Notes under the pieces: model-generated | What the model was told of the DNA's origin: nothing | Databases searched by the model: none | What the model saw: the letters and a program-made list of their open reading frames with translations, nothing else | Part shown: one piece after another, positions 50,050 to 59,436 of the stretch | Position numbering within the stretch: position 1 is the stretch's first letter | Layout of the letters: each line of letters starts with the position of its first letter | Program-made: the position numbers and the translations under genes | Origin: Candidatus Bathyarchaeota archaeon | Lineage (GTDB): Archaea > Thermoproteota > Bathyarchaeia > Bathyarchaeales > Bathycorpusculaceae | Length of the DNA stretch: 64,000 nt | Assembly (NCBI GenBank): GCA_963702095.1 | Contig: OY969706.1 | Coordinates: 192,001-256,000 of the forward strand | Reading direction: 5' to 3'

Positions 50050-51045
50050 TTAGGTTACTGCAGTGGTTTGATCGATTATTTTTGCTTGTGGAGCATTCGT
50101 CTTTACTGATGCTATGCCATTTTCAGCTGACTGTTTGGATAGGTAGGATTGGCTTACAGCAATTATCTGTCCAGTAGCAGCTTTCAAACGGAAACGATAT
50201 CTATCAGGTGCATTGCATTGAATTTCAAAAACCGGGGATTCAACAATTTCAACGTGGTGAACGGGTATAGTTCCACCTGTTGTGTAATCAGTGGTCTTAG
50301 CTATTGGAGCATTCTTTTTTATTGAAGCAATACCTTTTAGAGCATTCTCTCTTGTCCCGTACGAGTGGCTTACAGCAATTATCTGTCCGTTAGCAGCTTT
50401 CAGATGGAAACGGAATCTACCGGCAATATCACATATAACCTCAAAGACACCTGTCACTTTCGCTACTACCGGAATCGGTTCAGTTATCACTTCAGTGGGC
50501 GGCAATGGTTCCTCAACTGGTAAGATGGGTTCTGGGATTTTATCAGTTGCGTGACCCTTCTGTGTATGAGCATTCATTTCGTAAGTAGTCATGAAGCCCA
50601 ATCCGCATATAGGACATGTTAGATCCATATTTGGCATAAGTACGCCATTCAAAACGTGTATTATGCCGTTGTCTGTTACAATGTCTGTGTTTATCATGTG
50701 TGCATCATTGATTAACGGGTTATAGTGAGAAGTCCACCAGTGGGCGGCGTCAATTTTAACCTCTTGGCCTTGGAAAGTTTTCATGTTTTTCATTTGACCT
50801 ATTTCGTCTACTGTGAACTTTCCTACTACAATATGGTACATCAGAATCGCCTTGAGCTTTGGAATATTTTTCAATAGTCCCTCGACTGTACCTGCAGGAA
50901 GCTTTGCAAAAGCATCATCATTTGGCGCAAAAATTGTAAACGGTCCTTTGCGTTTCAATGTTTCAACTAATCCGGCCGCTTGGACTGCGGCTACAAATGT
51001 TGTGAAGCCCCCGGCTTCAACAGCAATATCAAATATATCTGCCAT
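50050..51045 (-). CDS. Fasciclin + C2H2 finger + two YegP/DUF1508 domains
   Basis: GPFTIFAPNDDAF, NGIIHV; CPIC..H...H; two FRLKAANGQIIAVS..Y..GIAS.K.NAP repeats. Confidence 0.88.
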   Translation of the reverse strand: MADIFDIAVEAGGFTTFVAAVQAAGLVETLKRKGPFTIFAPNDDAFAKLPAGTVEGLLKNIPKLKAILMYHIVVGKFTVDEIGQMKNMKTFQGQEVKIDAAHWWTSHYNPLINDAHMINTDIVTDNGIIHVLNGVLMPNMDLTCPICGLGFMTTYEMNAHTQKGHATDKIPEPILPVEEPLPPTEVITEPIPVVAKVTGVFEVICDIAGRFRFHLKAANGQIIAVSHSYGTRENALKGIASIKKNAPIAKTTDYTTGGTIPVHHVEIVESPVFEIQCNAPDRYRFRLKAATGQIIAVSQSYLSKQSAENGIASVKTNAPQAKIIDQTTAVT

Positions 51046-51118
51046 TTATTTTCATCTCTTCAAAACAGTTTTCAAGTTTTATCTGAGTTGTAATGGTGTT
51101 CTTATAATAAATAACTGT

Positions 51119-51140
51119 GTGACTGGGGAGCCCCAGCAAC
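51119..51140 (-). promoter_or_regulatory. Regulon palindrome 2 (fasciclin promoter)
   Basis: GTTGCTG-N8-CAGTCAC then 4 nt to TTATTTAT. Confidence 0.78.
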
Positions 51141-51207
51141 GGGATGGCAAGCTACACGTAAAAGGGCTAATCGATTTGAAGCGACCGGAGAAATTAGATT
51201 TCTCGGG

Positions 51208-51993
51208 TTAGCTTTCAGCTTTTTGCCAGTCAGACTCAAAACTTGTTCTAAGCACACCAATAAGGTTGCGGTTGTTTGTCCACAAAGAAGGGCTTTCGCC
51301 TAATCCGCTTTCTTTGGAGGTGGTAATCAATGCTTCTTTATCATCAGACATTATGAAGTGATTTAAGGCTTCACGATGAAACCTGATTTGAACCGAAGCG
51401 ACACCAATGAATTTTTTCACTTGTTCTATTAGCAAACCATCTGGGCTTTCTCCTTCAAAAAGTAGTCGAACCTGAGTACCTTCCTTTATTGCCAGTCTGT
51501 ATTCATCTGAAAACTGAGCCAAAATGGGCATGATTCTCGTCTTGTCTGCAATCAAAGCGACTTCTTTTCGTGAGTTATTAATCAGACCTGAGGTCTTTGT
51601 TAAAATTGATTTCTTTTCCGCTATCAGTATGTAGATGCTTTCTTCTCCAAGAGACTGTTGCTTCCACTCTTTGAGGGATAGTTTCTGGACCCTGCTCCTC
51701 ATATCCGTCAACCGTTCCTCGGCTCTGTTTTTTTCTTTCGCCAGTAGTAAAGCCAAGGAATCAGAAATAAGAGTAGCCCGGACCTCAGTTGGTTTACCCA
51801 GCAATCTTTCAACCAAACCCATTTTTTCGAGTGCTGGCAGAAGCCTATAGACGTCTTCCCTGCGCACTTTTGAAAATTTTGCTACTTGTCCTACCGTGGT
51901 TTTTTCCAGTTTAAGTATTGCTAAGTAAACCTTTGCCTGATTAAGAGTCAACCCCAAACCAAGCAGGAGTTCCGTGTTTTCGTCGTTAGCCAT
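51208..51993 (-). CDS. TrmB-family transcriptional regulator
   Basis: LGLTLNQAKVYLAIL...VRREDVYRLL..LEKMGLV; C-terminal effector domain ending FESDW. Confidence 0.88.
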   Translation of the reverse strand: MANDENTELLLGLGLTLNQAKVYLAILKLEKTTVGQVAKFSKVRREDVYRLLPALEKMGLVERLLGKPTEVRATLISDSLALLLAKEKNRAEERLTDMRSRVQKLSLKEWKQQSLGEESIYILIAEKKSILTKTSGLINNSRKEVALIADKTRIMPILAQFSDEYRLAIKEGTQVRLLFEGESPDGLLIEQVKKFIGVASVQIRFHREALNHFIMSDDKEALITTSKESGLGESPSLWTNNRNLIGVLRTSFESDWQKAES

Positions 51994-52348
51994 TCCCGAC
52001 TTCCTATTATTTTTTTGTCTAAATTTATATTTATTTTTTTCGGTTGCTTGCTCCTTCAACTGTTAATTCGCATCAACAATTATGAATCCTCATCTACAAT
52101 GTTAAAATGACTCGCAGGTACTCACAGGACTAAACTGCAATAGGTTTGCATACGATAGTCCGTAATCAGGTTGGATGTTTGAATTAAAAAGAATCACCTA
52201 CAAACACCAAACTCTAAAAAAGTACTTCCAAAGAAAAGGAGTATAGCCGATTGGGATGCAACTAATCTTTTTTTAACTACTGAGGTATTGTTAAGGTTCG
52301 TTTCCTTGCCATTCTTGAGGAAATTAGCAAGAAAATTTTTTTCATTTT

Positions 52349-54097
52349 TTAGATTGCTTTTTTGGCGGTGAAATCCTTTTTATATTTATCCATTTTATCC
52401 TTGAAGACTTTTTTATCAGTATCTTTTTGTTCTTCGAAATCGCTCTTGTCGCTGTCAGTTTTTTCCCTAAAGTCTTTTTTGTCACTGCCTTTCTGTTCAT
52501 TGTAGTCGCTTTCGTTATTATCGCGCACTGTCTCGAAGTCTTTTTTGTCGCTATAGGTTTTTGCCTTAAAATCTTTCCTGTGAATATCCCTTTGGGCCAT
52601 CCGTTTACTTTTGTCGTTGCCAGTTTTGTCCTCAAAATCTTTTTTGTCTATGTCTTTTTGTTGGTTGTACTCTTTTTGGTTATTATCGCGCAGTTTCTCA
52701 AAATCCTTCCTTTGACCGTCGATTCTTTCTTCAAAATCTTTTCTGTCGCTATCTCTTTTTTCCTTGTAGTCGTTTTCGTTATTGCTGCTTAGTTCCTCAA
52801 AGTCCCTTTTGTCACATTCAGTTTTTTGTTTAAAATCTTTTCTATGAATATCCCTTTGCGCTAGCCATTTACTTTTGTCCTCACCTGTTTTATCCTCAAA
52901 ATCCTTCTGGTTGCTGTCTTTTTGAGTTTTGTATTCATTTTCGTTATTGTCGTTTTGTTCTTTGAAGTTCTTTTTGTCGATATCAGTTTTTTCCTTAAAA
53001 TCACTTTGATTACTGTCAATTTGTTCTTTGAAAACTTTTTTATCTCTTTTATTTTTCTCTTTAAGTGCTTTATTCAACAGCTTTTCAGCAGCAGTTCCTA
53101 ATCCATACATTTCAAAAAAGATGAATGATAAAACGAATACAAACCAAAAACTCGCAAACCCCCATAGTAGACTTGAAGCTTGCGCCATGGAGATATTTAT
53201 GCCGAGAACTTGATAGATGCCACTGGAAACTATTTGTGAGAAACCTGTTAATGCTATGCCTTGATTGCTTATAGTGCTAACTATGGTATTTGTGATTATA
53301 ATTTTGTCAAAGCCTATGAAGGAGCCAAGGGAAATGAAAACAAGGTACAAAGCTGCAATACTGCAAATCCAAGTCATGGTTTGAAAAATCATGGGTTTTA
53401 CCATACTTTTTGGTTTTTCCTTTATAATCATTACTACATCATGAAAATTAGCTATTTGAACAACAATCTTTTCTCCAAATTCGACATCAGTTTTTTTGTG
53501 CTTTATTTTAGCAATTACTTGAACAAGAAATTGAAGAAGCTTTTTAGTTACTGAAATATTTGTGCTCAAATAAACTATCAAAATGAGCGGCAGCGCAAAA
53601 AACGCCATAGTTACTCCAATAGCAACTAAAACGAAAGTGTCAATTGAATAATTCAATATTAACAGAAACATTCCCACTATCAAGGCCAAAAGAGTGACTA
53701 AAAGCTCAAGAATATCTTTGACTATTACTGAAGCCGCTACTTTAACTACATCAACACCTTCATCTCCGCCCAAAAGATAAGTCATGAAGATATCCCCCGA
53801 CCAACCCCCAATTATAAGGCAATCAAGAAAAGCGCCAACCCAACCCAGACAAAAAACCCTCTTAAACGTAGTTTTAACAGCAACATTATCAAGAGTAGCT
53901 TTCCAAGCCAATGAATTGAACGCTGCTTGACCTATAACAAGCAAAAAAACCAAGGCGTAAACTGGAATACTTACACCGCTAATTATTATTGCAACTTTTG
54001 TAAGATCTGTAAAGAAAAAAAGGTAGACAACAAAAATTATAAAACCTACTATGGCAAGTAGGCTTACCCATTTCTTAATTTCTGGTCTATTTGACAA
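52349..54097 (-). CDS. LPG-synthase TM/flippase-like (UPF0104) membrane protein with C-terminal 11-residue repeats
   Basis: About 8 TM segments with AWK/GGWSGD pattern; 21 hendecad repeats at 52352-53044. Confidence 0.75.
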   Translation of the reverse strand: MSNRPEIKKWVSLLAIVGFIIFVVYLFFFTDLTKVAIIISGVSIPVYALVFLLVIGQAAFNSLAWKATLDNVAVKTTFKRVFCLGWVGAFLDCLIIGGWSGDIFMTYLLGGDEGVDVVKVAASVIVKDILELLVTLLALIVGMFLLILNYSIDTFVLVAIGVTMAFFALPLILIVYLSTNISVTKKLLQFLVQVIAKIKHKKTDVEFGEKIVVQIANFHDVVMIIKEKPKSMVKPMIFQTMTWICSIAALYLVFISLGSFIGFDKIIITNTIVSTISNQGIALTGFSQIVSSGIYQVLGINISMAQASSLLWGFASFWFVFVLSFIFFEMYGLGTAAEKLLNKALKEKNKRDKKVFKEQIDSNQSDFKEKTDIDKKNFKEQNDNNENEYKTQKDSNQKDFEDKTGEDKSKWLAQRDIHRKDFKQKTECDKRDFEELSSNNENDYKEKRDSDRKDFEERIDGQRKDFEKLRDNNQKEYNQQKDIDKKDFEDKTGNDKSKRMAQRDIHRKDFKAKTYSDKKDFETVRDNNESDYNEQKGSDKKDFREKTDSDKSDFEEQKDTDKKVFKDKMDKYKKDFTAKKAI

Positions 54098-54233
54098 TAT
54101 TTACTCAATACCTGTTGTCTGCCTAGTGTTTCACGCATTTCAGTACCTATTCAGTGTTAATTGTGAAGTGGGGGTCAAATCCTTAGCTCGTGTGCGCTAT
54201 CTTGCGTTATTACTGTCAAACTTACATTTGCTG

Positions 54234-54434
54234 TTATGCTTTCTTTGGTTTTATGCTAAGTTTAACGTTAATCTCAATGGTGTATTCTTTGTCCGTGTTT
54301 CCAACAGCGAAGTTCCAGTTCTTCACCTCTACGTCCATATCCTTAAAATGATTCATTAAAGAATTCTTATATTCACTAACGGTCTGGCCCATATTCTGCA
54401 ACCGTTCAGTTATGTCTATATTTTTTTCAGTCAT
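54234..54434 (-). CDS. Small hypothetical protein
   Basis: GAGG SD; own promoter with regulon palindrome. Confidence 0.7.
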   Translation of the reverse strand: MTEKNIDITERLQNMGQTVSEYKNSLMNHFKDMDVEVKNWNFAVGNTDKEYTIEINVKLSIKPKKA

Positions 54435-54498
54435 TCAAATACGCCTCTAAAACTCCAATTTATACAACCGTTAACCTGCACATTGCTCTTAAGGCTAT

Positions 54499-54520
54499 GT
54501 CGCTGGGAACTAACACCTAC
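54499..54520 (-). promoter_or_regulatory. Regulon palindrome 3
   Basis: GTAGGTG-N8-CAGCGAC then 6 nt to TTAAGA. Confidence 0.72.
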
Positions 54521-54753
54521 AAGTAAATTACAAATTCCGGTACATGAAAATTTTCTGTGAGATTACACTTTCTATCCCAGATCAACGCATGAGAATTTTC
54601 TTTGCAAAAGAAAAGTTACAGGACCATTTTTGAATCGTATCTGAAAAAGGTTCAAGACTGACTCAAAGAGCCTCAATGACCCTGCCTAAGGTGTGTTTTG
54701 AGCATATTTAGAGGGATATAACTTTTTAGCGGTGAAATGGATGTGGCAGGGCT

Positions 54754-54775
54754 GTAGCTGTTAGTTACCAGTCAC
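54754..54775 (+). promoter_or_regulatory. Regulon palindrome 4 (holin-like gene promoter)
   Basis: GTAGCTG-N8-CAGTCAC then 5 nt to TTAAAA. Confidence 0.78.
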
Positions 54776-54819
54776 ACACCTTAAAATTTCAAAGCATCTC
54801 CTTTGAAGCAGGAAAATAG

Positions 54820-55179
54820 ATGTCTGTAAAATTTTCACTAAGTGAAATAATCGCTGCAATCCTAAATGAAATCAAAGAGGCACTCAAAGAATACGCCAAT
54901 CAAGCGGAAGTCGCCTTCAAAAAACGCATCAAAAAACTCTTAATAATAAGCATAGTCGGCGCCGTCTTGATGTCGCTGGGAATCTCACTCGCTGGGTCAG
55001 CAGCCCTGTTCATCCTCATTGGCTCACTAAGATACCTAGAAACCTCTATGCCCGCATGGCAAGCCTGGCTCATCATGGGAACCACCTCCGCCATCGCAGC
55101 AGCAGCACTATTCACAGTGCTCTTTCTAACAATAAGAAAACAGTTATCCTCACCCAAAGTGCCGCCTGAACAAAAATAA
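54820..55179 (+). CDS. Two-TM holin-like (DUF1469/YqjE-like) membrane protein
   Basis: Amphipathic N-terminal helix, two TM segments, MPAWQAWLI. Confidence 0.65.
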   Translation: MSVKFSLSEIIAAILNEIKEALKEYANQAEVAFKKRIKKLLIISIVGAVLMSLGISLAGSAALFILIGSLRYLETSMPAWQAWLIMGTTSAIAAAALFTVLFLTIRKQLSSPKVPPEQK

Positions 55180-55379
55180 GGCGCCTACTCTTTTTATTGA
55201 CATTTTCTGAGTCCAATCAGCATTTTGAATTTTTGCCTCTTTATTTCTTGGTGATGAGAAAAACAATGAATTCATGCATAATTTCTACGAAAAGCGAAAA
55301 CAGTCGATTAGTTTGAGGGGTAAAGGAACTATAAATACCCATTGATATAAAAATAATTGAAGTCCAGATTGAAAATCTT

Positions 55380-55401
55380 GTAGCTGTAGGGCCCCATTCA
55401 C
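55380..55401 (+). promoter_or_regulatory. Regulon palindrome 5 (no long ORF downstream)
   Basis: GTAGCTG-N8-CATTCAC then 4 nt to TTATTTAT. Confidence 0.7.
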
Positions 55402-55729
55402 AAAGTTATTTATCCAAAATTAAGCATTAGGTGGAATTGCTTTGGCGGATCAGCGTTAAACAAGATGCGAATGGTTTGTAACCCCTGTTCCTTCTCGAAT
55501 GTTCGCGTTCTGATGGCGTGTGTAGGTCCGCCAAAAATATTCTAAGTCACTTGCGGTTTATCAAGAGACTTATTTGCGCAATCCAAGTTTTGCCGATCTT
55601 AGCAACTGTTATTTCTGAAAAAAAAGCTTAAACAAAAAAGGACAAAGAAAGCAAGTTAAGATTTCGCCGCTTGTAAATTGATTAGCCGTACCACAACCTT
55701 TCGCAAACAGATAAAAAAGATGGGCGTTG

Positions 55730-56099
55730 TTATCTTGCCAGCAAACCGCCTATGAATCCGCCGATCGTTGACGCGATCGCTCCAAAGATAGCAAGGATAA
55801 TCGCTATTACTCCAACTGCCAGCCCAGCCAAGCCGCCGAAAAGCGCCGCCCATAATCCCGCCGGAGACTCCTCCAATAACTGCGAGACCGACGACTGCGA
55901 GGAGGGTAATTATGATACCGCCGAATATGCCTGCGAGGAAACCAGCTAATGCGCCTGTCAATATGCCGCCGCGTGCTATGATGCCTGCTACAAATCCGCC
56001 TATTAACCCACCTATCAAATGTCCAATGCCCGGAAACAGCCAACCAAGAACTAATGTTATGAGGAAACCAACTAAAGCTCCAAGCCACAAACTTCCCAT
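55730..56099 (-). CDS. DUF5518-like Gly-rich membrane protein, frameshifted at a T4 run (~55840)
   Basis: IGGLIGGFVAG...GALAGFLAGIFGG; removing one T restores ...STIGGFIGGLLAR*. Confidence 0.75.
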
Positions 56100-56181
56100 A
56101 AAATCACCACCTTTTTTCCAATCAGAAAATTTTTGTCCATAAAACAACATACAACATTACAATTGCGTTTGAATGCTAAGT

Positions 56182-56508
56182 TTATGAGAATATGAAGCCT
56201 ATGATTACACCTGCTATGAGTCCAATGCCTAGCGGTAGCATGCCTATGAGAAGTACCCCGTATTGAACTACTATGGAACCATATGTGTCTGATAGGCCTT
56301 TCAACGCCCCAAGACTCAAACCGAAAAAGCCGAAGTAGCTAACTACCAAGAGTATAATCGCAGCAATAATAGCAATCTTTAGCATTTTGTGGGCTAGATA
56401 GCCGACGACTAAGCCAAGAATGAATGGAATAATCATTAACACAATTGGCGGCAAACCGCCTATGCTCCCGGAAGTAATAAACTGAATTACTTCATCTATC
56501 GCGCCCAA
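56182..56508 (-). CDS. FUN14-like membrane protein
   Basis: GLVVGYLAHKMLKI...GLIAG; GGAG SD plus TTG. Confidence 0.7.
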   Translation of the reverse strand: MGAIDEVIQFITSGSIGGLPPIVLMIIPFILGLVVGYLAHKMLKIAIIAAIILLVVSYFGFFGLSLGALKGLSDTYGSIVVQYGVLLIGMLPLGIGLIAGVIIGFIFS

Positions 56509-56561
56509 AATCTACAACTCCACAGTTAAGCCATAGTAGTATAAATGGCTATTAAGCCTGT

Positions 56562-56583
56562 GTAGCTGGGGCTCCCCAGCAAC
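56562..56583 (-). promoter_or_regulatory. Regulon palindrome 6 (FUN14/DUF5518 promoter)
   Basis: GTTGCTG-N8-CAGCTAC then 6 nt to TTAATA. Confidence 0.78.
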
Positions 56584-56829
56584 AGAGCGGTGTGCTGTTT
56601 GGGGAATTCAGGGGCGTAGCGATTTAGACTAAAACTCAGCTTATTCTCTTCAGGGAAAAGTTTTTAGCGTTTTCTTTGTTGTCTCTGTTTTTTACCAGTA
56701 GACCATTTGCCCGTTTGGGATTCTCCTAGTTTGCGGGGCTCTTTTTTGTTCTCGTGTGAGTATCTTGGCGGTTGCTTTTTTATATGGGGTGTTTGCGGGG
56801 TTGTTTCTTGCTTTTCTGCATTTTCTTTC

Positions 56830-57147
56830 TCATTCATGCTCTTTTACCTCAGCTCTGTCTTCGCTGTAATCTCTATCCTCATGGGCTTCTTCTTCCACTT
56901 CATCCTGCAACGCTTCTTCACGTCCGCTTGCTTCTTCACCTTCAACGCTTGCCCTGTCTTCAGCCTGACCTTTCGGCGGATACACCTTATCCAACCAAAC
57001 CTCAAACTGTACCTTATATTCAGAGCTCGAAAAGGCCCAATCGCATAATCCACCAATGACTTTACTAACGTCAATATCGTGATCGTCAGCTAACGCTTTT
57101 AGAAAATTCGCCCAATTTACAGGTAAAGGAACTGAAGAACTACTCAT
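56830..57147 (-). CDS. Hypothetical protein with acidic C-terminal tail
   Basis: GGAG SD plus ATG; Glu/Asp-rich tail. Confidence 0.65.
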   Translation of the reverse strand: MSSSSVPLPVNWANFLKALADDHDIDVSKVIGGLCDWAFSSSEYKVQFEVWLDKVYPPKGQAEDRASVEGEEASGREEALQDEVEEEAHEDRDYSEDRAEVKEHE

Positions 57148-57447
57148 AAATAGAATCTCCAGTAACCTTATTACTGTTAAGGAATATTTAAGCTTCTTAA
57201 GCACTTGAAAATAGAGTCAACCGAGAAAAATCGACCTAATTGCTAAACGAGTTTAAATCTCCGTGTGGCAATATATAGGCTGTAAGTCAGCGGTTTTGGA
57301 ACAGCAAAATGATAGCCCCCAATCTCTTACTGATCAAATCTATCTTATTCGGCATGACTCCAAAACATGAGCGATCCCCCAAAATTTCGTAGAAAAGCTG
57401 ACTAAGTTAAAAAAATCATTAATGAATAATACCGAGGAAAAAATAAC

Positions 57448-59088
57448 ATGGCATATTTAACACAAACCCAAAGTGGTCAACCTGTACTCATCTTGAAAGA
57501 AGGAACCACACGAAGTAGAGGCAAAGAAGCCCAACGAAACAACATTATGGCAGCCCGAGTAATCGGTGAAGTTCTCAAAACTACATTGGGACCACGTGGC
57601 ATGGATAAAATGCTCATCGACAGCCTTGGAGACATCACTATAACCAACGATGGTGCCACAATTCTCAAGGAAATGGATGTGGAGCATCCAGCAGCAAAAA
57701 TGATGATTGAAATCGCCAAAACCCAAGACGACATGGTCGGCGACGGAACCACAACCGTTGTAGTGCTAGCCAGCGAACTTCTCAAAAAAGCCGAAGATCT
57801 CCTAGACCAGAACGTCCACCCCATGATACTCGTTGCAGGATACCGCAAGGCAGCACAGAAAGCAATCGAAATCATAGCGAAAAATGCGGTGGCCATTGAC
57901 GTTGAGGATCAAAAGATGATGATGAAAGTCGCTTTAACATCCATGGGAAGCAAAGCGGTGGGTGGTGCTAAAGAGCACTTTGCAGAAATAGCAATAGAAG
58001 CTATAAAACAGGTAGCTCAGAAGCAAGGTGATAAGACGATAGCTGATATAGATAACATACAACTGGTGAAGAAGACGGGAAAAAGCCTCATCGAGACGCA
58101 ACTCGTCAGAGGCATAATCGTAGATAAAGAAGTCGTCAATCCAGGAATGCCCAAAAAGATAGAGAACGCGAAAATCGCACTTTTAGATATTGCACTAGAG
58201 ATTGAAAAAACCGAAATAACCGCGGAAATACGCATCCATGAGCCAAACCAGATGAAAGCGTTTCTAGACCAAGAGGATAGTACACTCAAAGAGATGGTAA
58301 CAAAGATCAAAGCTTCAGGCGCAAACATTGTGTTCTGCCAGAAAGGTATCGACGATATGGTTCAGCACTTCCTATCCAAAGAAGGCATCATAGCAGCACG
58401 CAGAGTCAAAGAATCCGACATGGAAAAGCTCGCGAGAGCCACAGGCGGACGAGTAAACTCCAACTTGAATGATTTAAAGGCGGCAGACTTGGGTTTTGCC
58501 GGCTTAGTGGAGGAACGCAAAATCGGCGATGACAAAATGATTTTCGTCGAGAAATGCAAAGACCCCCATTCAGTGGCCATCCTCATTCGAGCAGGGCTTG
58601 AAAGAATGGTGGATGAAGCTGAAAGAGTAATAACCGACGCGTTGTCAGTAATTTCAGATGTCACGGAAAACAATAAAATCGTCGCTGGCGGGGGGGCAAT
58701 CGAAATCGAAATCGCCAAAGGACTCCGCAAATACGCAACCAAAGTCGGCGGAAGACAACAACTCGCAGTAGAGGCATTCGCAGATGCAGTTGAAGTTATC
58801 CCACGCACGCTCGCAGAGAACGGAGGCTTAGAACCAATCGACATACTCATAGAGCTACGTCAAATACACGACAAAGAAGACGGCAAATACATCGGCATCA
58901 ACGTCTTCACAGGCAAACTCCAAAACAGCATCGAAAACGGCGTCATAGAACCAGTTGTTGTCAAAGAGCAAGCTATCAAATCCGCAGCCGAATCCGCAGC
59001 CATGATACTGCGCGTAGACGATATTATAACTGCCAAATCCCCAAAGGGTGGACCAGGTGGAATGCCTGGCGGCATGGGAGAAGAATAA
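57448..59088 (+). CDS. Thermosome (group II chaperonin) subunit
   Basis: LGPRGMDKM, TNDGATIL, GDGTTT, GGM tail. Confidence 0.97.
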   Translation: MAYLTQTQSGQPVLILKEGTTRSRGKEAQRNNIMAARVIGEVLKTTLGPRGMDKMLIDSLGDITITNDGATILKEMDVEHPAAKMMIEIAKTQDDMVGDGTTTVVVLASELLKKAEDLLDQNVHPMILVAGYRKAAQKAIEIIAKNAVAIDVEDQKMMMKVALTSMGSKAVGGAKEHFAEIAIEAIKQVAQKQGDKTIADIDNIQLVKKTGKSLIETQLVRGIIVDKEVVNPGMPKKIENAKIALLDIALEIEKTEITAEIRIHEPNQMKAFLDQEDSTLKEMVTKIKASGANIVFCQKGIDDMVQHFLSKEGIIAARRVKESDMEKLARATGGRVNSNLNDLKAADLGFAGLVEERKIGDDKMIFVEKCKDPHSVAILIRAGLERMVDEAERVITDALSVISDVTENNKIVAGGGAIEIEIAKGLRKYATKVGGRQQLAVEAFADAVEVIPRTLAENGGLEPIDILIELRQIHDKEDGKYIGINVFTGKLQNSIENGVIEPVVVKEQAIKSAAESAAMILRVDDIITAKSPKGGPGGMPGGMGEE

Positions 59089-59126
59089 ATGTCTCCCTTT
59101 ACGATAACGCTGAGAAGGGATTAATC

Positions 59127-59351
59127 ATGCCAAAATGTCCAAATTGTACAGCGCACACGCAAAGGCCTGATAAGGAATGGGACTTTGGGCGATTCCGTGT
59201 CAAGTTATATAAGTGTCAAAAATGTGGAAATCAATTTAGAGAATTTTTCATGGAAAATACGCTGAAATTTGTGTTGAGCGCACACAACGGTGGTTTAGGA
59301 AAAATCAGAGCTACAAAAGAAACGCTGGACAGACAAAAAACCTACCAATAA
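59127..59351 (+). CDS. Small zinc-ribbon protein (Cren7-like pattern)
   Basis: CPNC...PDKEW...VKLYKCQKCG.QFRE. Confidence 0.65.
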   Translation: MPKCPNCTAHTQRPDKEWDFGRFRVKLYKCQKCGNQFREFFMENTLKFVLSAHNGGLGKIRATKETLDRQKTYQ

Positions 59352-59436
59352 CCGTTTTTTAGGTACAACAGAGAAATGATTTCTTAAAATATTGCAAGAA
59401 ATATAGTGAGTGAGCATAAAAAGCTCACTTTACCAA

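Noticed and set aside
54820-55179. Prophage lysis cassette suggested by the holin-like gene
   Set aside because: No viral structural or lysis genes nearby; this family commonly occurs in cellular stress operons
57280-57310. Regulon palindrome upstream of thermosome (also checked Hsp20, tfb and radical SAM)
   Set aside because: Only half-site or mis-spaced matches, without the fixed distance to a TATA box
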